The translations under genes were made by a program, and so were the position numbers. Positions 1 to 9,100 of a stretch of DNA of 64,000 bases are shown piece by piece. The DNA is from Verrucomicrobiales bacterium (lineage in GTDB: Bacteria; Verrucomicrobiota; Verrucomicrobiia; Verrucomicrobiales; DEV007). Position 1 is the first letter of the stretch; every line of letters starts with the position of its first letter. The notes under the pieces were generated by a model. That model made no database searches and was not told the DNA's origin. It saw nothing but the letters and a program-made list of their open reading frames with translations. The stretch is taken from the NCBI GenBank assembly GCA_013213905.1, contig JABSSQ010000001.1:54980-118979 (forward strand). Direction: 5' to 3'.

Positions 1-549
1 ACGGAGCTGCATCTGGTTGGAATTGAGCTTCGCGTAGTCGAGGATGTCATCGAGAATGTTGAGCAGCGATTCACTCGAACTTTGGATGGTCTCGAGGTGT
101 TCCCTCTGATCGGGCAACAATTCCATTTCAAGAAGCAGGTTTACCATCCCGAAAATTCCATTCATCGGGGTTCGGACCTCGTGGCTCATGTTGGCGAGGA
201 AGCGCTCTTTCTCCTTGGCCGCCTCCAGGACCTCGTTGTTGAGGCGTTCCAGGTCTTCCTGCTTGGCCGCCATGGAAGCGGCCATCGAGCGGACAAATGC
301 GATGAGTGGATGCTCACCCGGGCGCACCGAAGGTATCTTCTGAGTGTGCGTAGGATATTTGATCATGAACTCCGACACCACCTTCTCCAGCTGCTGGAGT
401 GTGTTGGCGGCGTCAGAAACCGGATGCACGCGCACAGCGGCCGGAGCAGCCACATCATCTGACAACACTTCGTGGACCACCATCGCGGGCACAACGGGTG
501 TTACCGATGATGAGGAGTCAACGGTTGGAGGGTTCCCATCGGACATCAT
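1..549 (-). CDS. Sensor histidine kinase (hybrid type), N-terminal part; runs off the window start
   Basis: My translation from ATG at 549 stays open to base 1 and contains the H-box KERFLANMSHEVRTPMNGIFGMVNLL followed by ESLLNILDDILDYAK. It is absent from the ORF track because it has no stop inside the window. Confidence 0.9.
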   Translation of the reverse strand, partial: MMSDGNPPTVDSSSSVTPVVPAMVVHEVLSDDVAAPAAVRVHPVSDAANTLQQLEKVVSEFMIKYPTHTQKIPSVRPGEHPLIAFVRSMAASMAAKQEDLERLNNEVLEAAKEKERFLANMSHEVRTPMNGIFGMVNLLLEMELLPDQREHLETIQSSSESLLNILDDILDYAKLNSNQMQLR

Positions 550-550
550 A

Positions 551-567
551 GGTAATTAATAATTACC
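551..567. promoter_or_regulatory. Perfect 8-1-8 inverted repeat GGTAATTA-A-TAATTACC, candidate operator
   Basis: Lies 2 bp upstream of the kinase start codon in an AT-rich spacer. Confidence 0.4.
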
Positions 568-627
568 ATAATATCCATAAATAAGCAAGGGTCAGTTTGA
601 AAGAAAGTTTAGGTCTGCCCTGTAGCC

Positions 628-1716
628 TCATGAGCTGGACTTGGAAGCCGTAATTTCGCTGGCAATGTGTTTCAGGTTGGAGATGACGTCCTTTTTCAGC
701 GGATCAATGGGGACAACGATACCTCCAATGGACTCTGCGATCGCCTTGGCGCTGCTCTGGTCAAATTGCGGCTGCACGAAGATTACAGAAACGCCCTCCT
801 CCTTGGCCTTGTCGATCATCGCAGCGATTTGACGGGGCTCAGGGGTTCGGCCGCTGAGCTCTACCGGGACTTGGCTCAGGCCGTATGCGTCGGCGAAATA
901 GCCAAAGGCTCCGTGATAAACATAAAACGACTGATCGCGGAAAGGAGCGAGTTTCTCAGCGAGTTCGCGATCGGTGTCCCGAAGCTGTTGGACGAGCTTG
1001 CGGGAATTTTCCTGGATCGTTGACTTGGCTTCTTCGGTTTCGAAAAGCGGCTCAACCTCAGCCTGGATGGTACGGATCTGCTCAACCAGGTGTGCGGGGG
1101 AAAGCCAGACATGCGGGTCAAGTTCTCCATCGCCGTGGTCATGACCGTGATGCCCATGGTCATGCTCAGCGTGGTCGTGTCCGTGGTCGTCATGATCGTG
1201 CTTGTGCTCAGCGTGGTCATGTCTGTGGTCGTCGTGATCGTGTTTGAGCTCCGCATGGTCATGTCCGTGATCGTCGTGATCGTGCTTGTGCTCAGCGTGG
1301 TCGTGCCCGTGGTCGTCGTGATCGTGCCCATGTTCATGGTCACAGTCGTGTTCACCCTCGCCGAAGGTGCGACGATCGAGGCCTTCAACAAGGCTGACGA
1401 TCTTCACCTTGCTTTTGCTCTCGTTGAGCTTGGTGACAAGTGTCTCTTCGAAAGGAAGATCAGCAGCAAAGTAGATCGTTCCAACTGAAAGCTTGGCGAG
1501 TTCCTTGGGAGTCGGGGAGAAAATGTGAGGGTCGTCATTTTCTGATGCGATCGATCTCACCTCTGCCAGATCTCCGACCAGGGATTCGACGAGCCCTGCA
1601 TAGGGAGGGACTGGAACGTAAATCACTGGCTTTTCGTCTGCGAACGAAGTGACTGCGCTGCCGAATCCGAGAGAGCAGGCCAATGTTAATAGGAGGATGG
1701 GGAGTCTGGGTTTCAT
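628..1716 (-). CDS. znuA: Metal (Zn/Mn) ABC transporter substrate-binding protein, ZnuA/TroA family, with long His-rich loop
   Basis: Signal peptide MKPRLPILLLTLACS; motifs DPHIFSP, DPHVWLSP, YHGAFGYFADAYGL and IFVQPQF. I moved the start from the track's 1791 to ATG 1716. Confidence 0.85.
   Translation of the reverse strand: MKPRLPILLLTLACSLGFGSAVTSFADEKPVIYVPVPPYAGLVESLVGDLAEVRSIASENDDPHIFSPTPKELAKLSVGTIYFAADLPFEETLVTKLNESKSKVKIVSLVEGLDRRTFGEGEHDCDHEHGHDHDDHGHDHAEHKHDHDDHGHDHAELKHDHDDHRHDHAEHKHDHDDHGHDHAEHDHGHHGHDHGDGELDPHVWLSPAHLVEQIRTIQAEVEPLFETEEAKSTIQENSRKLVQQLRDTDRELAEKLAPFRDQSFYVYHGAFGYFADAYGLSQVPVELSGRTPEPRQIAAMIDKAKEEGVSVIFVQPQFDQSSAKAIAESIGGIVVPIDPLKKDVISNLKHIASEITASKSSS
1126..1350 (-). 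repeat. Intragenic 42-bp (14-aa) tandem repeat encoding HDHDDHGHDHAEHK, about 4 copies
   Basis: Visible directly in the DNA and the translation; about 31 His in 75 residues. Confidence 0.9.
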
Positions 1717-1727
1717 AGCGCAAGTTC

Positions 1728-1742
1728 TGCAATTGACTTGCA
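1728..1742. promoter_or_regulatory. TGCAA-N5-TTGCA palindrome, candidate Fur-family (Zur/Mur) operator
   Basis: TGCAATTGACTTGCA sits 12 bp upstream of the znuA-like start, in the divergent spacer shared with a sulfatase. Confidence 0.5.
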
Positions 1743-1894
1743 ATAAAGTTGGGGGAAGCGGGGGAAAGGTCAAGGTAGGAATGGGTGCCAAATTGCAGGA
1801 TTGGTCACAGCATCGTCACCAGCAGACACAAAGCGCCATCATCGCGGTTTGGCTCGATTTGACATCGCAAGGGACTGCAGTGTTTGCTCATCCT

Positions 1895-3256
1895 ATGCGT
1901 CTTAAACTCCCTTTCCTCAGTCTGCTGCTGGCTGCCGGTATTGCTACCGGAGCTGATGAACGTCCCAATATTGTGTTGATCCTGTCCGACGATCAGGCAT
2001 GGACCGACTATAGCTTCATGGGGCACGAACATATCAAAACCCCTCATCTTGATAAGCTGTCCGAGCGCAGCACCGTTTTCCGTCGGGGCTACGTCCCCAC
2101 GGCGTTGTGCCGACCGTCGTTGATGACTCTCGCTACCGGCCTTTACACCCACCAGCATATGATCAGCGGTAACGACCCGTCTCCGGAATTGACCGAAGGA
2201 AAGAAGGACGGGCCCGAATATGATGCTCTCCGTGAAAAACTGATCTCCAATGTGGACCGTGTGCCGACCATTATGCGCCTGCTTTCCGAAGCTGGCTACC
2301 TGACTCACCAGTCAGGAAAATGGTGGGAAGGAAGCTACTCCCGCGGAGGGTTCACTCACGGGATGACCCGAGGATTCCCTGAGCCGGGCGGTCGCCACGG
2401 AGATGATGGTCTCAAGATTGGTCGCGAAGGCATGGAGCCGATTTTCAATTTTGTTGAGCATGCCATGGAGGAGGAGAAACCATTTTACCTCTGGTATGCG
2501 CCGTTCCTTCCGCACACGCCTCACAACCCGCCCAAGGAACTCTTTGACAAGTACCGTGGTAAAGTGGACTCCAACTTCGTCGCTCGTTACTACGCCATGT
2601 GCGAGTGGTTCGATATTACTTGCGGGCAGCTGATCGACTTCATTGATGAGAAGGGTCTTTCTGAAAATACGATGTTCGTTTACATCTGTGACAATGGTTG
2701 GATTCAAAGCGTCGACAGCGGAAAGTATGCCCCTCGTTCCAAGCAGTCTGCGAATGAGGGCGGCACCCGACAGCCGACGATGTACTGTTGGCCGGGAGTC
2801 ATCGAGCCGGGTGATCGCGGCAACCAGCTGGCTTCCAGTATTGATATCGTTCCCACGATGTTGGCGGCAGCCGGCATCGAAGCTCCGGAGGGACTTCCCG
2901 GTATGAACCTGATGCCGATCCTGAAGAGTGGAGAGCCGACTCCTCGCAAGGAGGTGCTGGGTGAGACGTTTGCTCACGACATCGCCAATGTGGACCGCCC
3001 CGAGGACTCACTAATTTACCGGTGGATTGTGAAGGATCAGTGGAAGCTTCTCCTTACCTACGATGGCAAGGTTAATCGCTATGCCAGTACGCACCCGCGA
3101 ACTGAGAAGCGCCCTCAGCTTTTTGATCTTCTCGAAGATCCTCACGAAAACACCAACCTGGCTTCCGAGAACCCTGACGTCGTGAAGGAACTCGCGACGG
3201 AAATCCGGAATTGGTGGACGGTCGAAGACCGCAAAGTGCTCGAGACCTGGGAGTAA
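1895..3256 (+). CDS. Secreted S1-family sulfatase (variant motif CRPSL)
   Basis: Signal peptide; PNIVLILSDDQ, PTALCRPSLMTLATG, SGKWW, FLPHTPH, ICDNG, QLFDLLEDPHENTNLA. Start set at ATG 1895. Confidence 0.9.
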   Translation: MRLKLPFLSLLLAAGIATGADERPNIVLILSDDQAWTDYSFMGHEHIKTPHLDKLSERSTVFRRGYVPTALCRPSLMTLATGLYTHQHMISGNDPSPELTEGKKDGPEYDALREKLISNVDRVPTIMRLLSEAGYLTHQSGKWWEGSYSRGGFTHGMTRGFPEPGGRHGDDGLKIGREGMEPIFNFVEHAMEEEKPFYLWYAPFLPHTPHNPPKELFDKYRGKVDSNFVARYYAMCEWFDITCGQLIDFIDEKGLSENTMFVYICDNGWIQSVDSGKYAPRSKQSANEGGTRQPTMYCWPGVIEPGDRGNQLASSIDIVPTMLAAAGIEAPEGLPGMNLMPILKSGEPTPRKEVLGETFAHDIANVDRPEDSLIYRWIVKDQWKLLLTYDGKVNRYASTHPRTEKRPQLFDLLEDPHENTNLASENPDVVKELATEIRNWWTVEDRKVLETWE

Positions 3257-3262
3257 CTCCGA

Positions 3263-3889
3263 TTATCGCTCCAGCTCTCCGATCACCCGAAAGCCGTAAT
3301 CGTCGACGAGAAATACCTCAAGGCTGATTGGCAGTCTGGCCTTGCGGTATTCATCGACGAGGGCGGAGCCATAGTCGGTTATTGGCATGCCGTTCGCCGG
3401 GAAAATGTAGACGATGTGCCGGTCGATCAGCATGACGTGCAGAGAATCGCCCATCGAATCGCGAAATTTTTCGACCAACTTTTTTGAAAGAATGATGCTG
3501 CTGAGGAAGGGGTCCTTGTCTTTGATGTAAGCGTATTTGATAACGCCCCGATCATCCCGGACAACCATCGGCTCTACGACCTCCATGAGATTGTCGCCGA
3601 CGCGCTCTGCGATAGACGTGATTCGCTCCCAGGTGAATCGATTATCGGTCCAGTAACTTTCATCGAAAGCCCGCACGCCGTAGTCCCATTCGTAATAGGG
3701 AACCATCTGGGTCAGTTCACTGTCGGCCGGCTTCTTGGAGTTGACGTGTTTCTCGAACGTGCCCTCAAAGATGATTCCGACACGCTTGGCCGGAGCGTCT
3801 TCCTGGGCCCATCCGGGTTGAGCCAACAGGGCTGCCGCAAAAGCCACCGCAAGAGAGAAAGTTCGATGAGGTTGAAATCCGTTTGCCAT
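3263..3889 (-). CDS. Hypothetical exported protein; C-terminus weakly DUF1444/YtpQ-like
   Basis: Open frame filling the gap between the sulfatase and ruvA; signal-peptide-like AVAFAAALLAQPGWA. The family resemblance is by eye only. Confidence 0.6.
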   Translation of the reverse strand: MANGFQPHRTFSLAVAFAAALLAQPGWAQEDAPAKRVGIIFEGTFEKHVNSKKPADSELTQMVPYYEWDYGVRAFDESYWTDNRFTWERITSIAERVGDNLMEVVEPMVVRDDRGVIKYAYIKDKDPFLSSIILSKKLVEKFRDSMGDSLHVMLIDRHIVYIFPANGMPITDYGSALVDEYRKARLPISLEVFLVDDYGFRVIGELER

Positions 3890-3928
3890 CCGCACGGGAA
3901 TAGGTTGGGTTGAAAGAACTTATCGCCG

Positions 3929-4528
3929 ATGATTACATTTCTACAAGGAACGCTCGAAGAAAGCTGGCCCGGTCGCCTGGTCATAAATGCCGGCGGAGTC
4001 GGATACGAAGTCGTGGTACCTCTCCTCGGGGAGGGGGACTTTGGCAATATGGGTGAGGAGACCAAGGTGCTCACGCATCATCACATTCGTGAGCAGGAAC
4101 AGACTCTCTATGGTTTCGCAGATGAAGAATCCCGTGATGTTTTTCGTCTCCTGATTAACCGGGTAACCGGGGTCGGACCCAAGGTCGCCATGTCAGTTCT
4201 GAGTGGATTGTCGACGCCCGACTTCAAGCAGGCGGTGGTATCCGGTGATATCACCACGATTGCCAAGGTCAAGGGACTGGGTAAGAAGACGGCGGAACGA
4301 ATTGTCCTGGAGCTCAGCGATAAAGTCGGGGTTAAGGAAGCCTGGGAAAACCAGGCAGCGGGGACTTCTCTGTCTCCGGACGCAGCGGCCAAGAACGACG
4401 TGCTTCTCGCACTTATCTCCCTGGGCTTCAAGCAAACGGAAGCCCAGAAGGCAATCGACAAGCTTCCTGCAGAAACGGTGCAGTCAGATGAAATGTTGAG
4501 AGCCGCGCTGCGACTACTACAGGGATGA
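3929..4528 (+). CDS. ruvA: Holliday junction branch migration protein RuvA
   Basis: MITFLQG, GVGYEV, EQEQTLYGF, VTGVGPKVAM, KVKGLGKKTAERIVLEL, ALISLGF. Confidence 0.97.
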   Translation: MITFLQGTLEESWPGRLVINAGGVGYEVVVPLLGEGDFGNMGEETKVLTHHHIREQEQTLYGFADEESRDVFRLLINRVTGVGPKVAMSVLSGLSTPDFKQAVVSGDITTIAKVKGLGKKTAERIVLELSDKVGVKEAWENQAAGTSLSPDAAAKNDVLLALISLGFKQTEAQKAIDKLPAETVQSDEMLRAALRLLQG

Positions 4529-5859
4529 TTCCCGAATCCTCCACTACTTCTTATGCGAATCCGGTCGAAAGAGCCGGGCGAGTCCGCGACTCTTTACCCG
4601 AGGGCGGGCTGTTTGCAGAGAAGGCATGGCGAATTTCTCCTGAGGCATTTCCGCTTTCGAAAAAAGAGGTCAAAACCCTGGAGCGACTGGGGCCGATTCT
4701 GCTCAAGTTTCAACAGGCTGCGGATCTAATTTACCGGCGCAGCCGGAAAGGCTCACTGCCGGGCTGGGTGGCGGACTATCTCAATCGCGGTAAGCCGGAG
4801 TCGTTGTTAGAGACAGGCCTGGCGTCGCCGGTGGCAGAAGCCGTTCCGCGGGTGATTCGTCCGGACCTCATTTTGACCGAAACCGGTTTCACTGCCAGTG
4901 AACTGGATTCTGTTCCGGGAGGGATTGGTCTCACCGCGTGGCTGGGCGAAGTGTATTCAACGATTAGTCCCGAAGCAGAGATCGTAGGAGGAGCGGACGG
5001 AATGTCCTCGGGTTTTTCCTCCATCTTCAAAACGGATGCAGCTGACATTTTGGTGTCTGAAGAAGCAGGCGATTATCGGCCTGAAATGGAATGGTTTTCG
5101 GGACGTTTGGAAGGGGATTTCCAGGTATCAGATGCGGAGACTTACAAACCGGGAAGCCGGGATGTGTATCGCTTCTTTGAGCTCTTTGACCTTGCCAATG
5201 TTCCCGGTGGCGCAGCTGCTGGTGAGGCTGCTGCTGCTGGCACGATTGATCTTACCAGTCCGTTTAAGCCATGGCTTGAGGAGAAAATGTGGTCAGCGCT
5301 TTTCTGGTCTCACCCACTGAAGGAAGTCTGGCGCCGCGAATTGCGTGACGGGAACTGGCGGCGACTGCGGGAGATCTTTCCGATGAGTTGGATCGTTGAT
5401 CCAGCGGAAGTGCCTCACCACGCCGTTATCCCTGATTTGGGAATTCAGCACTTTTCGGAGATGAAGCAGTTCTCTCAAACCGAGCGCGATCTGGTTCTCA
5501 AGTTGAGCGGATTCAACGAACGCGCCTGGGGCAGTCGCAGTGTTACGATCGGAAGCGACGCATCCCAGGCAGAATGGGGTGAAGCCGTCGATGAAGCACT
5601 GGCGAATTTCGATACGGCTCCCTTTGTCCTGCAGCGGTTCCACAGTGGGCGACTGGTCGAGCACCCATGGCTGAATCCAGAGACGGGTGAAATTGAAATG
5701 ATGGAGGGCCGGGTTCGACTCTGCCCCTACTACTTCGTGAGCGCCCGGGATAAGAAGGTGCGTCTCGGGGGCGTTCTGGCTACCATTTGCCCCAGCGATA
5801 AGAAGATTCTTCATGGAATGAGCGATGCGATCCTCGTTCCGTGCCGACTCGAAGCCTGA
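4525..5859 (+). CDS. Uncharacterised ATP-grasp-like protein (glutathionylspermidine-synthase / circularly permuted ATP-grasp type)
   Basis: VIRPDLILTETGFTASELDSVPGG, VLKLSG, FVLQRF and RVRLCPY resemble the ligase signature residues. ATGA overlap with the ruvA stop. Confidence 0.6.
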   Translation: MIPESSTTSYANPVERAGRVRDSLPEGGLFAEKAWRISPEAFPLSKKEVKTLERLGPILLKFQQAADLIYRRSRKGSLPGWVADYLNRGKPESLLETGLASPVAEAVPRVIRPDLILTETGFTASELDSVPGGIGLTAWLGEVYSTISPEAEIVGGADGMSSGFSSIFKTDAADILVSEEAGDYRPEMEWFSGRLEGDFQVSDAETYKPGSRDVYRFFELFDLANVPGGAAAGEAAAAGTIDLTSPFKPWLEEKMWSALFWSHPLKEVWRRELRDGNWRRLREIFPMSWIVDPAEVPHHAVIPDLGIQHFSEMKQFSQTERDLVLKLSGFNERAWGSRSVTIGSDASQAEWGEAVDEALANFDTAPFVLQRFHSGRLVEHPWLNPETGEIEMMEGRVRLCPYYFVSARDKKVRLGGVLATICPSDKKILHGMSDAILVPCRLEA

Positions 5860-6134
5860 TTTTTGGGCGCGCCCGGGATAATTTTTATAATTCCTGCGGC
5901 ATATCAGAGGTGTTTTCGCAAAATTGAGAGTAATGAATCCTTTATTTTAAAAGGTTCTTAACAAAAATTTGCGAACTTGAGTTTCAATGATAAGATTATG
6001 AGGGGATTGCTCGGCATTTCCCGTTCCACCTCTCAATTGTGTCTAATCACCTAACTCGGTCGCTCGTTTGTTTTGTAATGAACAGGCGGCAGCGGAGCCC
6101 ACTTGTGTGTTGAACCCTCAAGAGGCATAGCAAA

Positions 6135-9100
6135 GTGAAAAAGATAAAATTCACCTGTTCGAACTGCCAGGCGAAGCTCCGCGTACCGACCCATCTTGCC
6201 GGAGTGACTGCTCCGTGCCCTAAGTGTGGGGCGAAGATTACGGCGCCTGCGGATTTCGAAAACTTCATTGAAGAGGAACCTCGGTCGAGCTCCCCTGCGA
6301 GAAAGCCCGCTGCTGCCCTACGTCAGAAGGCGGTGACACCGGAACCTGCCACCACCCTGGTTGGCGCTTCCTCTGCTACTCAACAAGTGGCCGAATTACC
6401 GAGTCCGGAGCCGATGGTTCCTGCCGCCGTAGCGCCCGTGACTCCCGAGTCCGTTGCAGACTCCAATTACTCCACTGAAGAAATTATCGTGGAGTCCAAA
6501 TCGATTTCCGCTCCCGAGCCTGAGCCGGTCATCGCTCCTGATTCTTTGCCGCGTGTGGTTCTTCCCGAACCGATGACACCTCCGGTCGAAACGGTTGATG
6601 CCGAGACGACGGCTCCGATCCCGGTGCCACAACCTCCGAAAGCTCCGGTGTCCACTGGTGGCGTGGTTGCTCCTCCTGCTCCCGTTATTCCTGACAACAT
6701 TCCAGCTGCGATTCAGCACGACGTGATTACTCCGATTCCGCCGGAGCCGGCTGAAGAGCCACCAGCGGTTGCCAAGACGCAACCTATCAAGATCAATCCG
6801 CGGCCCAGCAGTTTGCCACCCGTTCGTGAGGCGGACACCTCAGTACCGGGTGAGCTTCCTCGCCTTGACACTTCCCTCGCGGGACAAGGCGACAATGCGG
6901 CCGATACTCTGACTCCCGAGGAGGAACCGGAGCCAACTAAGTTGGTGTTGCCGATGCCTGGTGACACGACGGAGCAATTCACTCCCGGTGACTTCATTGT
7001 TCCGACGCATACCTCTGATGAGGGGCTCGCTGAGATTGAAGAAGAGATCAACGAATTGCCGGATTTTTCGGACCTGGAAGAACCCGTTGAGGCCATTGAG
7101 CCGATCACTCCGATCATTCCTGTGACTACGGCGCCGCCGGCGGCTGAGGAACTGGCGCCGGAACCCGCTCCGCGATTTCCTGCTCCAATCGGCGAGGTGG
7201 TCGCCCCGCTCGACGAAGTCATCGAAGAGCCTGTCGAGGCCGGAGAGCCTTTGGTGGAGGAAACGATCGAAGTGCCCGAGCCAGTGGTTCCCGCATCGTT
7301 GGTGCGGGGCGAGTTGGCTGTTTCCATCGACGAACTCGAGGTTTCGGAAGAGGAGCCATCGATTTCGATGGATGAACTCGAAGTCGAGCCCCTCGAGCCA
7401 AAAACCGGGCCGCTTGAAACAGCCCAGAATGATCTGACATCGGAGCTGGGACTCGAACCGGTTGTTGAAGTGGAAGTGGTCGAAGGGCCTCCCGCCGAAG
7501 ATGATTCTGAGTTGGGAGACGATTTTGACCAGTTTATCAGCGGAGTCGATTCGCCAGGCGATGGTTCCTCGGACGTAAAAGCGAGGCTTGACCTCGACGA
7601 ACTCTCATCGAGTGGTGCTGAAGAGAGTGATCCTATCCTCGATATCTTCGCGGAATCTGAGGAAGAAGAGCAGCCGAAAGCTTCTCTCAGTGAAGGCTCT
7701 TTTGAGTCGCTTCTCTCTGAACAGGCTGAGCCAGAACAGCAGGGAATCCCGAAGCCTCGCAAGTTGGTCATTCCGCTGAAGGCACCCAGAGCTCCCGAGG
7801 CAGAGGTAGCAGAAAGCGAGGAGGTTCCCGAAAAGATCGCGGCAACCAATGAACTGGACGAGATGTTCTGTAGCAGTTCCGGCAGTGGTAAGAGTGGAGG
7901 TCCCAGTCGGACCGCAGTCGTTATGCTTTCTGCCATCGGTGCGGTTGCCATCATCGCTGTTGTGGTGGTGGTTCTCCTTATCAATGCCTTGGGCGGAATT
8001 GACGTGGCGACTCCTGAACCTGAGGTAGAGCCTCCGCCTCCGGCAATCGCTAACGGGCCTGAGTCCCTGGCCTCCTCCAACCCCGGTATGACCCCGGGTT
8101 TTGATTCTCCCGGTGGCGAAGCTCCGACCAGCATTAGTTCTCCAGTTCCCCCGACAATGGCGACGGAGCTCACGGAGCCGCCAGCGACGACAGAGAATCC
8201 TATCGCGACTGTCCCACCGGCACCCCCGGTTGAGAATCCGCCGGTGGAACCGATTCCGGTCAATAATGGAGCGGCTGATGCAACCGTGACTGGTGAAGAG
8301 GGTGACGCCCCGGCCATGTCTTTTGATGAGAGGGTCCTCAGTATCGTGAACGGTGATTTTTCTCCGGAAGGGGTTGGAAACGCCGGGCCGACAAGCCTGT
8401 CTCCAACGGAAATGGCGAATTCTGCTGCGAGCGAGTTTGTGACGGCCGTTGGCGACAACGCTCCGGGAGTCGCTCCTTTGGTCGGTGTGCCTGACGATCA
8501 ATTGCCGACGGCGGTTGCGGAAGGTGCTGCATCTCCCGCGGCGAGGAGTGTTTCGAACTACAATCCCGAGGACAGCTTCCCGGCTCCAACATCTCCTGAT
8601 GATCTGTTAGGGCGGACCCACGATCTCCTCGATGCCTACCTGCGGGCTCCTGACTGGGAGACTCGAATGAAATACGTTTACCGCGGAGACAGCCTCCGCC
8701 CCTCGATTGAGGAGTATTATCAGAAGTGGCCTTTTAAGCAGCTTGGTACTTTCTCCAAGGTACTGTTCCAGATGGAGCCGAACAAAGAGATCGGCGGTCC
8801 TTACTGGGTTTACCTGATTTCAACCAGCGACAACGATTCCGGCTTTCCAATGATCATTCGTGAGGAGGACGGACTTCTCAAAGTCGACTGGGAAGTGTTT
8901 TCCGAGTTCCAGGATGAGCACTTCGTGAAGTTTCTCGCCGGGGATATTCCCAGCCCGCACACCCTGAGGGTAGTGATTAACCGTGTCTCCGATTACTACG
9001 GTCCGGATCGCGATGGATTTACCAATCTCGATGACTACTTCGTCTACCAGGTGAATCCGCCTTATGGAGGTCTCAATGAGTTCTCCACCTATGCCTTTGT

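Noticed and set aside
3896-3928. Verrucomicrobial LexA box (TGTTC-N4-GAACA) before ruvA or xer genes
   Set aside because: I looked for it by eye and found no match upstream of ruvA, xerD or xerC.
5860-6134. Riboswitch or sRNA in the 275-bp AT-rich leader (ATCAGAG start; TTCGCAAA/TTTGCGAA inverted repeat at 5915-5975)
   Set aside because: The ordered conserved blocks of SAM-I, c-di-GMP, glycine or TPP riboswitches are absent; best read as promoter DNA. An Rfam scan would settle it.
6396-8592. Long antisense ORFs inside the Zn-ribbon anchor gene (e.g. 6713-8458, 581 aa; 7605-8501)
   Set aside because: They are mirror translations of a low-complexity, GC-rich coding strand (Ser/Gly/Thr-rich) with no family motifs.
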